Below, in pieces: positions 1 to 12,369 of a DNA stretch of 64,000 nucleotides. Within the stretch, counting starts at the first letter, position 1. Each line of letters opens with the position of its first letter. Source of the DNA: Eledone cirrhosa (taxonomy: Eukaryota); contig OZ024753.1 in the NCBI GenBank assembly GCA_964016885.1, positions 8,246,001 through 8,310,000 of the forward strand, in the 5' to 3' direction. The notes under the pieces were generated by a model. That model saw only the letters and a list, made by a program, of their open reading frames with translations. It had not been told where the DNA came from and ran no database searches. A program made the position numbers and the translations under genes.

Positions 1-276
1 AAAACAGAAACAATACCTATAATAAAAAACACACAGTCAAATACACAACCAAAACCCCAGGACTTACAAATATATACAGCATCCATGCTAGCGTGGAAGA
101 TGGACGTTAAACAATGATGATGATGATGATGATGAAAAGATAACACTACAAGACATTTCACACATATTACGAAAAGTACTATCAATACAATAGAAACAAC
201 ATCAGCAAAATCTACACTGCACATACCCAAGGCACACAGAGCTATGCTCGGTAAAGCAGTAATGATGCGCAATAAA

Positions 277-627
277 AATAATAATTGTTTCTAATTTTGG
301 CACAAGGCCAGCAATTATCCAAGTCTATTACTGGTACTTTATTTTATCGGACCCCGTAAGGATGAAAGGCAAAGTTAACCTCGGCGGGATTTGAACTCAG
401 ACCGTAAAGGGCCGTAACTCTTTGCTGCAATAAAGATAATAATAATAATTGTTTCTACTTTTGGCACAAGGCCAGTAATTATCCAAGTCTATTACTGGTA
501 CTTTATTTTATCGACCCAGTCAGGATGAAAGGCAAAGTTAACCTCGGCGGGATTTGAACTCAGATCATAAAGGGCCGTAACTCTATGCTGCAAAGATGGT
601 GTCCGACTCTCTACCGATACTGCCAAA
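277..627 (-). mobile_element. Two tandem copies of SINE family B (tRNA-like head, conserved central domain, (ATT)n tail)
   Basis: Reverse complement of the motif recurring across the window: GAGTTCAAATCCCGCCGAGGTTAACTTTGCCTTTCATCCTTACGGGGTCGATAAAATAAAGTACCAG...GCTGGCCTTGTGCC...AGAAACAATTATTATT. B-box-like GTTCAAATCC present. Confidence 0.85.
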
Positions 628-934
628 TAATAATCTCTTCTAGCCTGAGGTTTTAGTCCATACATTTATTTCACTTTGTCGGTATTTTACAATATATGTG
701 TAGGGTGCAAGTCTTTGGCTGGTTTAAAGAGCCACATTTGTGCTTCACATTTTTGAGCATTTTATCGATTGATGGCAATGCTTGAACACGAGTTTGCTGC
801 CATATATGTCTATATATCTATCTTTTCTTTTCAATGGCTGACAATACCTTACCGGCACCACTCGAATGTACATAAATCTGTATATTTATGTATGTGTGTT
901 TATAAATATATATATGTCTGTATATATATATATA

Positions 935-1100
935 TAGGAACAAGTAAGACCCCGACGGCTGAGCTCAAGCCGTTTCGACGGCTAATTCTGGACTCTGGAG
1001 TCCAGAATTACTTGTTCCTATTACCCACTCTACTACCCTAAGTATTGAGTATTTTGGTGCGTTATGGTCCACCTGGTTCCTTACCACATTTCCTTCGTTA
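935..1100. mobile_element. TA-flanked mini-element family E with inverted 5' segment carrying the 3' half of a hammerhead
   Basis: Inverted arms 935-947/1008-1020 and hairpin 983-1010. Minus strand reads GAAACGGCTTGAGCTCAGCCGTC (stem III + GUC). Related copies at 5400-5547 and 59554-59721. Confidence 0.7.
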
Positions 1101-1357
1101 TATATATATATATATATATGTATGTATATTTATGCATATGCGTTTATATATATGTATATAAATATATTTGTCTATATATATATATATATATATATATGGA
1201 TATATATATGTCTATATATATATATGTATATATATGTAGAGGTTATATTTAGTTTGTTGGGATTCAACAAGCTTAAAAATTAACTATCCAGGAAGCTCCA
1301 ACCATCAAGGTTGTCTTTTTTCCGGGTATGTCAATATTTATTTATAAAACAAATCTG

Positions 1358-1423
1358 TATTTTATCTGATGAAAGCGCACCATAATTTGCCTTGGTTGCC
1401 CTTGAAATATATATAATAAAATA
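1358..1423 (+). ncRNA. Type I hammerhead ribozyme motif (family C) in TA-flanked element ~1237-1467
   Basis: Stem I TATTTTAT/ATAAAATA; core CTGATGA (1366-1372); stem II AAGCGCACCA..TGGTTGCCCTT; GAAA; self-complementary TATATA stem III; predicted AUA cleavage after 1415. Confidence 0.75.
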
Positions 1424-1464
1424 AATATGGTTTTATAAATATAGTTTCCATTTATTAATATATT

Positions 1465-2084
1465 GTATATATGTATATATATATGTCTATATATATATAT
1501 ATATATATATATTTATGTCTATATATATATGTATATTTATGTCTATATATATATGTATATATATGTATATATATATATATGTATATTTATGTATATATGT
1601 ATATTTATGTCTATTTATATATGTATATTTATGTCTATATATATATATGTATATTTATGTCTATATATATATATATATGTCTATATATATATATATGTCT
1701 ATATATGTATATTTATGTCTATATATATATATGTATATATATATGTCTATATATATATATGTATATATATATGTCTATATATATATGTATATATATGTCT
1801 ATATATATATATGTATATATATGTCTATATATATATATGTATATATATGTCTATATATGTATATATAGGTCTATATATATGTGTATATACATATATATGT
1901 ATATATATGTCTATATATATGTATACATATGTATATATATATGTGTATATACATATATATGTCTATATATGTCTATATATATATATGTCTATATATATAT
2001 ATGTTTATATATATATATGTTTATATATGTCTACATATATTTATATATATGCATATACATGTATTTATATATATGTATACACAC

Positions 2085-2116
<32 letters not shown>

Positions 2117-2130
2117 GTGCGTGTGTGTGT
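1465..2130. repeat. Compound (TA)n/(TATG)n/(TATGTC) microsatellite
   Basis: Directly visible; source of several spurious ORFs. Confidence 0.95.
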
Positions 2131-2514
2131 AAATTTGCAGTTTTGTTAATTTCTAGTCAGTTATTGAAATCCAGTTGAAAACCATTCACTGCCTTTAGCT
2201 GCTTATTATTTAGTTGTCCAGTTTTTAAAGTCAGCAGCTGTATTCCAAATACAGAGAACCTTCCATTGTTAAGCATGGTGTTTTAGAATTATCTATTTTG
2301 TTAAATAGTAAAAATGTTCATTCTTGTTTAGTTTCATTTTTCAATATATTCGTATAACAATACTGATATCTCGACATTTAATTACTTATACCAATTAATT
2401 AAATGTTTGAATAAGTTTTGAAAATTGCCTTGCGGATAACTGTGTTAGCTTGTATGTCATCACTTCTGTTTATATATAAAATTAGAAAAACTAGGACACA
2501 AATGATGATTTTAA

Positions 2515-2734
2515 CCCTTTAGTATTTACGTTACTCTATATATACTATTGTATTTTCATGGTAAAGGCTTTATTTCTCATAATATCTCAAATGATATTGA
2601 ATCTATGAGAGTTTGATATTATCTATTTTGAGAACAATACCTTAACATCAGTAGGAGTGGCCAGTTACAGCCAGTTTGAACAGAATGAAGTGTGAGAATT
2701 CTGGCCAGATATAGCCAGTTTAAATGCTAATGGG
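2515..2734. mobile_element. piggyBac-like MITE (~220 bp)
   Basis: TTAA on both sides (2511-2514, 2735-2738); TIRs CCCTTTAGTATTTA / TAAATGCTAATGGG; second full copy at 9703-9923 in the opposite orientation. Confidence 0.85.
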
Positions 2735-2756
2735 TTAAAGGTAGTACTTCAAATTG

Positions 2757-3040
2757 TAGGTGTGTTTCCTAATGGTAAAGGTGTTGAACTTGCGATTATA
2801 ATGTTGTGGGTTAATTTCCTGGACTGGTGTTGTGTTATGTTCTTGAACAAAATATATCATTTTACAATCATCCAGTATTCTCAACTGAAAATGAATACTA
2901 ACAATAGCTGGGGGGTTTAACCCTTTGATGGACTGGCGTCCTGTCCAGGAGGGAGTTGTGTATTGTCAGTCACTCCATGTTATGAAACCAGGATAAGCAC
3001 CAGCCTAACGAACCTTCTGGCTTGAGACAGACTTTAGACA
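2757..3040 (+). mobile_element. Old CORE-type SINE with a different 3' part (GATGGACTGGCGTCCTGTCCAGGG...GAAACCAGGATAAGC)
   Basis: Decayed tRNA head and CORE-like TTCTTGAACAAAATA; reverse-strand relative at 63745-64000. Confidence 0.65.
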
Positions 3041-3283
3041 TTAAATTACTCATAGTGTGGAAACTAATTTGTCTATCACATGTAACTTTGCAAAACCAAA
3101 AATACTCTTGTACTAATTCTCTAGGTGTTAATAGAGGCAAATGATAATTCAATTTGATAAGGTAAATGTGGTTGGCACTAGGAAGGGCATCCAGCCGTAG
3201 AAAACCAGCCAGAAACTGTCCTATATGAGCGAGACACGATCATCCAACCCACCTTGCCTCTAAATGGGACAAACCCGTCTAAC

Positions 3284-3322
<39 letters not shown>

Positions 3323-3381
3323 GCACATACATACATAAACATACACATACATATACAGTGCACCACATATATTTACACAAT

Positions 3382-3422
<41 letters not shown>

Positions 3423-3496
3423 GCACATACATACACACACCCACACATACAGTGCACCACATACATTTACACACATACACACATACACACACACAG

Positions 3497-3528
<32 letters not shown>

Positions 3529-3939
3529 ACATCCATAATGATATCTCTATGGTAGATGACTCTATCCAGTCACCAGTAAAAACATTACATTATTTCCACT
3601 ATTATGGTCTAAATATACTTTCTACTGTTTTCCGTAGTTTATATGAAGGAAACACTATGGGGACTTGTTCTGTGGAGCATCCAACCAGTAAATTGTGAAA
3701 ATCACTTGCAAATTATGTTCTAACATATCATATATAGACACATTGATAGAATAGAGGTTCTATTTTTGGAGATCAACAAAGCCATATGTAATGTGTGTGT
3801 GTGTATGCATTTGTGTGAGTATGTTTGTATATATATATATATATATATATATGGAAAGTTATATTTAAAATTGTTGGGTTACAACTAGTAAATATTTATA
3901 ACTGATATAAAAGCACTCGACAAATATTTGGAGTATATT

Positions 3940-4312
3940 TACAATATTAAATAAATGGAAACTATATTTATAAAACCATATTTATTTCATTATACATATT
4001 TCGGGGATATCATATTAACAATATGCTATGCCTTCCTCAGACAAAATACAATATAAACAGTTCTATAGATAAATAGATTCGACATACCGTTATAACACCG
4101 ACTTCCATTTGAAGAGGTTTAAGCTGGCAGCTTAAACCTCTTCAAATGGAAGTCGGTGTTATAACGGTATGTCGAATCTATTTATCTATAGAACTGTTTA
4201 TATTGTATTTTGTCTGAGGAAGGCATAGCATATTGTTAATATGATATCCCCGAAATATGTATAATGAAATAAATATGGTTTTATAAATATAGTTTCCATT
4301 TATTTAATATTG

Positions 4313-4314
<2 letters not shown>
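3940..4314. repeat. Perfect palindrome, 187-bp arms, 1-nt loop (centre 4127), in a family C element flanked by (TA)n
   Basis: 3940-4126 is the reverse complement of 4128-4314 (centre ...TTTAAGCTG G CAGCTTAAA...). Confidence 0.95.
4206..4271 (+). ncRNA. Type I hammerhead motif (family C); mirror copy on minus strand at 3983-4048
   Basis: TATTTTGT-CTGAGGA-stem II (CATATT/AATATG)-GAAA-TATGTAT-A-ATGAAATA. Confidence 0.7.
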
Positions 4315-4347
<33 letters not shown>

Positions 4348-4444
4348 ATCATCATCATCATCATTTAAGGTATGTTTTCCTTGTTAGTAAAGGTTCAATG
4401 GGTGGTCACAGACCGGTCAGTTCACAAGCAGAGCTACTGATATT

Positions 4445-4608
4445 ATCGGACGCCATGCTTTGCAGCAAAGAGTTACGGCCCTTTATGGTCTGAGTTCAAA
4501 TCCCGCCGAGGTTGACTTTGCTTTTCATCCTTACGGCGGTCGATAAAATAAAGTACCAGTAATGCACTGGGATAATTGCTGGCCTTGTGCCAAAAGTAGA
4601 AACAATTA
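4445..4608 (+). mobile_element. SINE family B copy
   Basis: Matches family B consensus seen elsewhere in the window. Confidence 0.85.
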
Positions 4609-4624
4609 TATATGTATTTGTGCG

Positions 4625-4666
<42 letters not shown>

Positions 4667-4669
<3 letters not shown>

Positions 4670-5063
4670 GTAGGTCCCGGGTTGAGTCGGGGATAACCAC
4701 AGTAAGTAAGGTACTCAATACATGGCAGAGTAAAATTTTTTTATTTCATAGAAGGAGCTTCTACAGGACTAGTACTGTTTCATTCAGATGAAATCTTCAG
4801 GAAGCTGGGTGTCATATTAAGTTCTGGTATTTATACATTTAGGTAGTGGTAAGGGAGGGGTGGTGGATTGGGGGGGGGGGAATGGTATTTAGCACTCTGG
4901 CTAATTGACCACTCCCCAAAGAAAAACGGCCTGTGCCATGAAGTGGTCCTATGTATCTAAATACCCCCCCCCCAACCCCAATCCACCACCCCTCCCTTAC
5001 CACTACCTAAATGTATAAATACCAGAACTTAATATGACACCCAGCTTCCTGAAGATTTCATCT

Positions 5064-5066
<3 letters not shown>
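4667..5066 (-). mobile_element. TA-flanked mini-element family F with ~95-bp inverted arms
   Basis: 4786-4880 is approximately the reverse complement of 4962-5063; both ends abut (TA)n. Confidence 0.75.
4757..4805 (-). ncRNA. Type I hammerhead motif (family F)
   Basis: Minus strand: GCTTC-CTGAAGA-TTTCATCTGAAT-GAAA-CAG tactagtc CTG-TA-GAAGC; stem I GCTTC/GAAGC; GUA site. Confidence 0.8.
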
Positions 5067-5104
<38 letters not shown>

Positions 5105-5399
5105 TGTTAGGAAGGGCATCCAGCCATAGAAAACCTGCCAGACAGCCCTATACGAGCGAGACATGGTCACCCGACCAATCTTGCCTCAAGTAGGACAGAT
5201 TCCCATCTAAACCCATGCTAGCGTGGAAGAATGGTGTTAAACATTGATGATGATGATGATATACACACACACATATATACTCATACATATATATATATAT
5301 ATATATACACATATAAACTCACATCCACGTTGTGAATGTAAAACATACACGTATATGTTTGTTTGTTTACATTGTATATATATTTATATATATATATAT

Positions 5400-5547
5400 G
5401 AAAAGAGCCAGGACCCCGATGGCTGAGCTCTGGCTGTTTCGACAGCTAGATCCGAACTAAGTTATATTACCCAGTCTACTACCCTAAGTATTGAGTACTC
5501 TGGTGCATTATGGTCCACCTGGTATCTTACCACACCCTCTTTGTTTA
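5400..5547. mobile_element. Family E mini-element copy
   Basis: GACCCCGATGGCTGAGCTCTGGCTGTTTCG...CTACTACCCTAAGTATTGAGTACTCTGGTGCATTATGGTCCACC; TA-flanked. Confidence 0.7.
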
Positions 5548-5656
5548 TATATATATATAAATGAAGTAATTCCGTTGGAAAAGTCCAGGAAAAAAGAGTG
5601 CTCTATGTAGGTAACAGAGCTTAATAGTTATGTAATAAACAACATAAGGCAATTAT

Positions 5657-5714
5657 TCCATTTACCAGTGGTTTCTTAAAAGCAAAAGATTTTGCTTTCA
5701 ATCCTCAGAATGAA
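5657..5714 (-). ncRNA. Type I hammerhead motif (family H) in TA-flanked element ~5558-5800
   Basis: Minus strand: TTCATT-CTGAGGA-TTGAAAGCAAAA tc TTTTGCTTTTAA-GAAACC act GGTA-AATGGA; all three stems pair. Confidence 0.8.
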
Positions 5715-5819
5715 AAAATCCTGGTCTGTTTATTGAATTTGGATTTTAAAAACAAAAATGCAATCTATATGAAAGTGAGGCTGCAGAAGGAAAGAAGCTT
5801 TGCATATATATATATATAT

Positions 5820-6039
5820 GCAAAGTGGATGTGTAGGCGCCACGGAAAAAAAGCACACAGCACTCACTGTAAATGAGGTTGGTGTTAGGAAGGGCATCCA
5901 GCTGTAGAAATCAAGCCAGAATCAGTTCCCGTATGAGCAAGGCATGGCCAGCTGACCGGACACTGCCCACAACAGGACAACCCGTCTAACCCATGCTAGC
6001 GTGGAAGAACGGACATAAAACGGTGATGATGATGATGAT

Positions 6040-6071
<32 letters not shown>

Positions 6072-6120
6072 TTCATTTACGTCCGCTTTTTCCCTGCTTG
6101 CAAGGGTGGGACGGGAACTG
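5820..6120. mobile_element. 3' portions of two (GAT)n-tailed SINEs arranged tail to tail
   Basis: GGTTGGTGTTAGGAAGGGCATCCAGC...GGACATAAAACGGTGATGATG on +, then CATCATC...TTTACGTCCGCTTTTTCCCTGCTTGCAAG on -. The same 3' module occurs at ~82-135, 3165-3282, 5100-5260, 10445-10630, 29265-29440, 36490-36700, 49690-49860 and 60557-60680. Confidence 0.8.
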
Positions 6121-7169
6121 ATATATATATGAAAATTATATTTGGGCAAAGCAAATGAGATAAAGAAAAATTGACCTGTTTATATAGAACATCTCTACTG
6201 CAGTTTCATTGAGTAAACCTCAAATCTTGACACTGTGAATACCTCAACACATCAGGAAAGAATTCATTTGAGTTATCTGCTATCACAGATATACCAAATG
6301 TCTTGCTCAACATGATCCCAATACCCTAACCACTAAGCTATTTGCTTTCACAATAGATCACATATATACTTTATTTAAAAAACATATTTTATTCATACAT
6401 TACTTCAAACAAATTCACATAAGTACCCATGTAATTATACACACACATATACATATACACACTCATTTACATATACACACACATTTCCATGATTATCTGC
6501 ATATTTCTTGCCACCCATTTATGCACTAACAACAATATTGGTATATTCTATATCCTTTGATAAGTCACGAAAACATAATTAGTAATTCATTTTTTTTCTC
6601 CATTTTTTTCTTCTTTTGTCTTTCTTCCCTTCTTGGCCCATAATCATATGTTAATGACTGTTTGTTTCAGAGTTAACGAAGTTATAGATTTATGATAAAC
6701 ATTTTGAAAATCCCACATGAATTAACCATCATGTGTTGCAACTAACTATTATTACGTACACATGTACCACCCATAAATAGCTGAGTGAGTTAGATTTCAA
6801 AGGCTCAAATGTGAAAGTTCTAAAAGTGTTTTCAAGTCAATTGATTTATTCAAAAGCAATTTTTTGCCAGCAATTCTGAAAATTCCGGAACATTAAAGAC
6901 AATCGATTGTTAATAATGGAGAAATGGATAGATAGAGAAAGAGAACAAGTGAGATAGAGAAAGAGAGAAAGAGAGAAGCTTATCGGCATTAAGTTTATCA
7001 ATCCATTTCTAATTACAAAACTTCCACTAGTTTGAATTTTTTTTTTCTTATCTGCCTACAACTCTGTCTGCCGAAGGTTACATCGTATTTTTGGTATTAT
7101 CATTACAATCTAGAATTTTGGTTCCATTACTACTACTATAATAATAATAATTATTATTACTATTATTAT

Positions 7170-7462
7170 TGTTCTTTGAGTCTCAGTCATTGATGTTATT
7201 TAACTGGAAAGTTTGTTGAAATGAATATCAAGCCACTACCTGCAACCTCAGACATTCAGGACGTATCGGAGGGTTCTTGCTGTTCCCAGCAAGCATACCC
7301 TTTGAAGTGTTCCAAAAAGCGGGGCTGGACTAATCTTCTTTAACCATCCTTGGAAACTCTTTGAGATAGTACCTAGTGCGCCTATGACAATCGGGACGAC
7401 CCTGACTTCATGGCAGTTCCAAATCCTTTTTATCTCCCACTTTAAGTCCTGGTATCGGTTAA
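7170..7462 (-). mobile_element. 5'-truncated Dong/R4-clade (RLE) non-LTR retrotransposon 3' end inside (TAA)n
   Basis: Open minus-strand frame 7460-7248: NRYQDLKWEIKRIWNCHEVRVVPIVIGALGTISKSFQGWLKKISPAPLFGTLQRVCLLGTARTLRYVLNV*. Matches the recalled KYQDL..VVPVVIGALG..LQK..LLGTARILR C-terminus of R4/Dong elements; (TTA)n on both sides. Confidence 0.85.
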
Positions 7463-7523
<61 letters not shown>

Positions 7524-7526
<3 letters not shown>

Positions 7527-8000
7527 CCGCCGAGGTTAACTTTGTCTTTCATCCTTACGGGGTCGATAAAATAAAGTACCAGTAATACACTGGGGTAATT
7601 GCTGGCCTTGTGCCAAATGTAGAAACAATTATTATTATTATTATTATTATTGTTGTTGCTGTTGTTACTAGGGCGGTGGATTGGCAGTATCAGTAGATAG
7701 AGGGTTGGATGCCATGCTTCCTAGCATAGAGTTACGCCCTTTTACGGTCTGAGTTCAAATTCCGCCGATGTTAACTTTGCCTTTCATCCTTACGGGGGTC
7801 AATAAGATAAAGTACCAGTCACGCACTGGGGTCAATTTAATCGACTTTCCCCTCTCCCAAAAATTGCTGGCCTTGTGCCTATATAAGAAACCGAGGTTAA
7901 TTTTGCCTTTCATCCTTACGGGGTCGATAAAATAAAGTACCAGTAATGCACTGGGTAATTGCTGGCCTTGTGCCTAAAGTAGAAACAATTATTATTAGTA
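7524..8000 (+). mobile_element. Cluster of three SINE family B copies (two 5'-truncated)
   Basis: Family B motif three times, with (ATT)n/(GTT)n tails after the first and third copies; the fullest head starts GGGCGGTGGATTGGCAGTATC at ~7671. Confidence 0.85.
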
Positions 8001-8270
8001 TCATTATTATTGTTGTTGTTGTTGTTGTTATGATTATTGTAATTGTTGTTATTATTGTTGTTGTTATTATTTAAAAATTGCATATTCGTATCATAAAATC
8101 TATTTTGTTTTATAGTTAATTGATTTATGGTCAGGGAGTTCTTGGTGATCCTTGAATATTTTATGTTCTTTATTGATGAAAAAATTGATATATATATATA
8201 TATAATCAGTGTATATATATATATATATATATATAATCAGTGTATGTGTATATATATATATATATATATA

Positions 8271-8344
8271 TTGGGGCGACAAGTATGAAATTTGTAGAAA
8301 TTTCTAGAAAAAAAACAAGTTTCTACAAATTTCATACTTGACAC

Positions 8345-8348
<4 letters not shown>
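8271..8348. mobile_element. ~78-bp TA-flanked MITE made almost entirely of two TIRs (Tc1/mariner-like)
   Basis: TTGGGGCGACAAGTATGAAATTTGTAGAAA ... TTTCTACAAATTTCATACTTGACACCCAA; related sequence at 57256-57757. Confidence 0.7.
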
Positions 8349-8393
<45 letters not shown>

Positions 8394-8421
8394 TCATCAT
8401 CTTCGTTTAACGTCCATCGTC

Positions 8422-8502
<81 letters not shown>

Positions 8503-8960
8503 TATTTATATACAAGAATATTTTATATTGCCTATCAGCTGCTTGATTTTGTGAAATTATCTCACTGCCATTGTTTATTTAGAAAAGATTTATCAGAGCA
8601 AAAGGTTAAATAACAACCTATTCACATTATCCATTAAAATTTGGAGCATATTATTCTCTTGAAGATTTTCTAGAAACCAAGGACTTATGAGGCAGTTACT
8701 ATATCTATATTTGGTATGTGAGTACTGTAACTGATAATCAGTATTTATGAGCATATCTGCTACTAGCCAAATTAAAACAGTGTTAGACTGGCAACCAAAG
8801 GTTACTCTATATGTATTCCATCACCATTTCAGTGATTTGTCATTAAATAAAACGATTAATTCTTAACCCTTTCAATACCAACCTGGTCCAAACCAGCTCT
8901 GGTTCTGGTTTTATGATACCAAGCCACTCATTTTAAAAGAATCCTGTTTAAATTGTTTAT

Positions 8961-9660
8961 AAGTTTATATGTGAACCATATAAGTTACTATCTTAGTAGT
9001 GAAATAATAAATAATTTTACTACTTCCTTGAAAATACTCCACTAGTTAATTGAAACATAAGTTTATATGTGAACCATATAATAAGTTACTATCTTAGTAG
9101 TGAAATAATAAATAATTTTACTACTTCCTTGAAAATACTCCACTAGTTAATTGAAACATAAGTTTATATGTGAACAATATAATAAGTTACTATCTTAGTA
9201 GTGAAATAATAAATAATTTTACTACTTCCTTGAAAATACTCCACTAGTTAATTGAAACATAAGTTTATATGTGAACCATATAATAAGTTACTATCTTAGT
9301 AGTGAAATAATAAATAATTTTACTACTTCCTTGAAAATACTCCACTAGTTAATTGAAACATAAGTTTATATGTGAACCATATAATAAGTTACTATCTTAG
9401 TAGTGAAATAATAAATAATTTTACTACTTCCTTGAAAATACTCCACTAGTTAATTGAAACATAAGTTTATATGTGAACCATATAATAAGTTACTATCTTA
9501 GTAGTGAAATAATAAATAATTTTACTACTTCCTTGAAAATACTCCACTAGTTAATTGAAACATAAGTTTATATGTGAACCATATAATAAGTTACTATCTT
9601 AGTAGTGAAATAATAAATAATTTTACTACTTCCTTGAAAATACTCCACTAGTTAATTGAA
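8961..9660. repeat. 101-bp tandem repeat, ~7 near-identical copies, inside a TTAACCCTT-started element (~8862-9702)
   Basis: AAGTTTATATGTGAA recurs at 8961, 9059, 9160, 9261, 9362, 9463 and 9564. Confidence 0.95.
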
Positions 9661-9702
9661 ATATAGTATGTTTCATTAGAAATATTGTCATAAAAAGATT
9701 AA

Positions 9703-9923
9703 CCCTTTAGCATTTAAACCAGCCATATCTGGTTAGAATTCTCTCACCTCTTTCTGTTCAAACCAGCTATAACCAGCCCCATATACTGATGTTAAGGTAT
9801 TGTTCTCAAAATAAATAATATCAAAATCTCATAGATTCGATATTATTTGTGATAATTATGTGAAATAAAGTGTTTACCCTGAAAATATAATAATATATGT
9901 AGAGTAATGTAAATGCTAAAGGG
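9703..9923. mobile_element. piggyBac-like MITE
   Basis: TTAA flanks; perfect TIR CCCTTTAGCATTTA / TAAATGCTAAAGGG. Confidence 0.9.
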
Positions 9924-9989
9924 TTAAATGTCCCAGTCTACCTGGCTGTAAATAGGTGACATAGATGACAACTCACTTCTGGAAATTAA

Positions 9990-10162
9990 TTGTTTCTACT
10001 TTTGGCACAAGGCCAGCAATTAACCAGTGCATTAATGGTACTTTATTTTATCAACCCCGCAAAGTTAACCTCGGCGGAATTTGAACACAGAATGGCAAGG
10101 GCCGTAACTCTATGCATCAAAGCATGGCGTCCGACCTTCTACCGACATTGCCAATCCACCGC
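9990..10162 (-). mobile_element. SINE family B copy with ~12-bp target-site duplication
   Basis: CTGGAAATTAAT on both sides (~9979 and ~10163). Confidence 0.85.
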
Positions 10163-11034
10163 CTGGAAATTAATAGGATCCATGTATATTTTACAAGAGT
10201 TTTGATCACTTTCCAGGGTGAGTTCAAGTCCTTTGAAAAAGCAGACATTACCAGATTGACATACTTTTGTGGAAATTATTGTTTTTATTTGAAAATTTTT
10301 GACGAACAAAATCTCACTCAAGGTGTTTAATATTTAAAAAAACTTCTTACGATTGCCAAAACAAAAGGAGTTAAGTGATTGTCATCACACCACAACAATA
10401 ATGTCTCAAAGTTGATTAACCTTCAACATTTTGTCATTCATTATCATCATTTAACGTACATCTTCCATGTTAACATGGGTAGGACGGGTTGTCCCTTTGT
10501 GAGAATTCATATTGAGGACCGTGATTTGCTCACCCAGAACTGATTTTGGCTTGGTTTCTATGGCTGGATGCCCTTCCTCATACTAACCACATTTACAATG
10601 TGGGCTGGGTGCTTTTTGCTGTGATGCCTACACGATAACCCACAATATTTATTTCATGTATAGACTAGACTCACCTTACCTATGGACACATTAAGTGATT
10701 TCATCTGGTATTTTCTCTCTACCTATGGGATATGAATTCATGCAGTTCTTCTTATTTGATAAATAATCTGTTGGTTTTCTGAAGTATTTCTATGCATAAA
10801 TTATCCAAAATTTAATTAGTGGTGATCACACATTTATCATTACTATGCATGTAATTGATGATAGAAGAAGAAAAAATTGTCGATGAAAATAAAGATGAAA
10901 GTCTTCCAATGGAAATCTCTGTTATGATATTTCTAATGAAAAACATTGCATACGTCTCTCAAACATCTTTGAAAGTATTCAAGAATTTTCTGTGCTTTAA
11001 TGTAAATTTTTTTCATTATTAATCTTGTGTTATG

Positions 11035-11224
11035 CGCGGTGGATTGGTAGTATTAGTAGAGGATCAGACGCCATGCTTTGACGCATAGTTACGGCCCTTG
11101 CCATTCTGAGTTCAAATCCCGCCGAGGTTAACTTTGCCTTTCTTCCTTACGGGGTCGATAAAATAAAGTACCAGTAATACACTGGGTAATTGCTGGCCTT
11201 GTGCCTAACGTAGAAACAATTATT
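11035..11224 (+). mobile_element. SINE family B copy
   Basis: Full family B motif; ATTATTAATCTTGT on both sides, a probable TSD. Confidence 0.85.
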
Positions 11225-11884
11225 AATCTTGTTTTATGTAATCATAATTATTCATGTGAAGTGTTCATGTTTAATCTGTCGATAAATATTGCTTTTAAAT
11301 GTGTTTGTTGTGTAAAACTGGAAGCAACAATTTTACAAGAATCCAAAGAGCTGAGTTTGTGTGAAGTCCGAATAAGTATTATCTGCCCCCAACTAACTTA
11401 CACTCTGAAACTTGGTCCCAGCCGGAAACATAACATAACTTAAAGGTTCTTATATAAACCAAGCAGATTTGTGTCATAGATCCAGGTGTGGTTTCAAAGG
11501 GTTTGGTATCAAAAATGTTAAAAGATGTTAGACGTCCACCTAAACTAAAATATCTCATGCAGATTTGAAGTGAAAAATATTAGATGCAGAAATATGATGA
11601 AATACTTTCTACCTAACTTCAATCTTTCTAGATAACACTTTATACATAAAACTGTTTCCTATTATTGCTGAGGTAATGAACCATTCTATGGTCAATAGTA
11701 TATCAATAAATGTCAATAAGTTCAATTCTTACTGAACAAAGTGCATAATCATTGATTTTATATACATATATATATTATATATATATATTTATATATATAT
11801 ATATATATATTTTCTATATTTTCATATATATATATATATATATACGATATTAACAAATGGAAACTATATTTATAAAACCATATT

Positions 11885-11949
11885 TATTTCATTATACATA
11901 TTTCAAGGACACCAAGTTAAATTATGGTGTGCTTTCATCAGATAAAATA
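11885..11949 (-). ncRNA. Type I hammerhead motif (family C) in TA-flanked element ~11846-12080
   Basis: Minus strand: TATTTTAT-CTGATGA-AAGCACACCA..TGGTGTCCTT-GAAA-TATGTAT-A-ATGAAATA. Confidence 0.75.
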
Positions 11950-12369
11950 TAATATAGATCAGTTTTATAAATAAATATTGACATGCCCTTAAAGAATGCA
12001 ACCATTACTGTTGGAAGATCCCGGATACTGTTATTAATTATGGCAATATTACACAAATATGACCCTCCACAAGTATAACAATATATATATAAGAGAGTAT
12101 TGAAGTTTGCTTGAAGCATTGTAGAATAATAAGGTAAATTTCTTTAAGTCGTTTGGAAGCCTCGACAATGCAGATGGGTAAATCTCCGGGTAGCAAGATC
12201 CGGTGGTGGGGAGAGAGATGTAAGTGGGTGTACGTTGAGATGCGTAGGCGTGTATAAGACTGTAGCATGTAGTGGAACGAAGGAAAGAGCGTAAAGGATA
12301 AAAATAAAAATAACAACATGAGAAAGAGTTACCTTGGGAGAGATTTAATTGTCCCTATATATTTCGGAT

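Noticed and set aside
1463-2178. Long YI/MY/CV/HT-repeat ORFs here and at 13.8-14.5, 17.7-19.9, 26.7-28.2, 48.0-48.6, 50.4-51.1 and 51.9-53.0 kb
   Set aside because: Read-through of (TA)n/(CA)n/(TATG)n microsatellites; open in several frames on both strands; no domain content.
3638-3687. Isolated plus-strand AG...GT exon-like blocks (also ~10217-10322, ~32786 and ~33832)
   Set aside because: No consistent frame chain or recognisable peptide; expected by chance in AT-rich DNA.
8961-9660. CRISPR-like appearance of regular arrays (also 26069-26198, 41667-41970, 57256-57758)
   Set aside because: Units are contiguous with no unique spacers; no cas genes; eukaryotic context.
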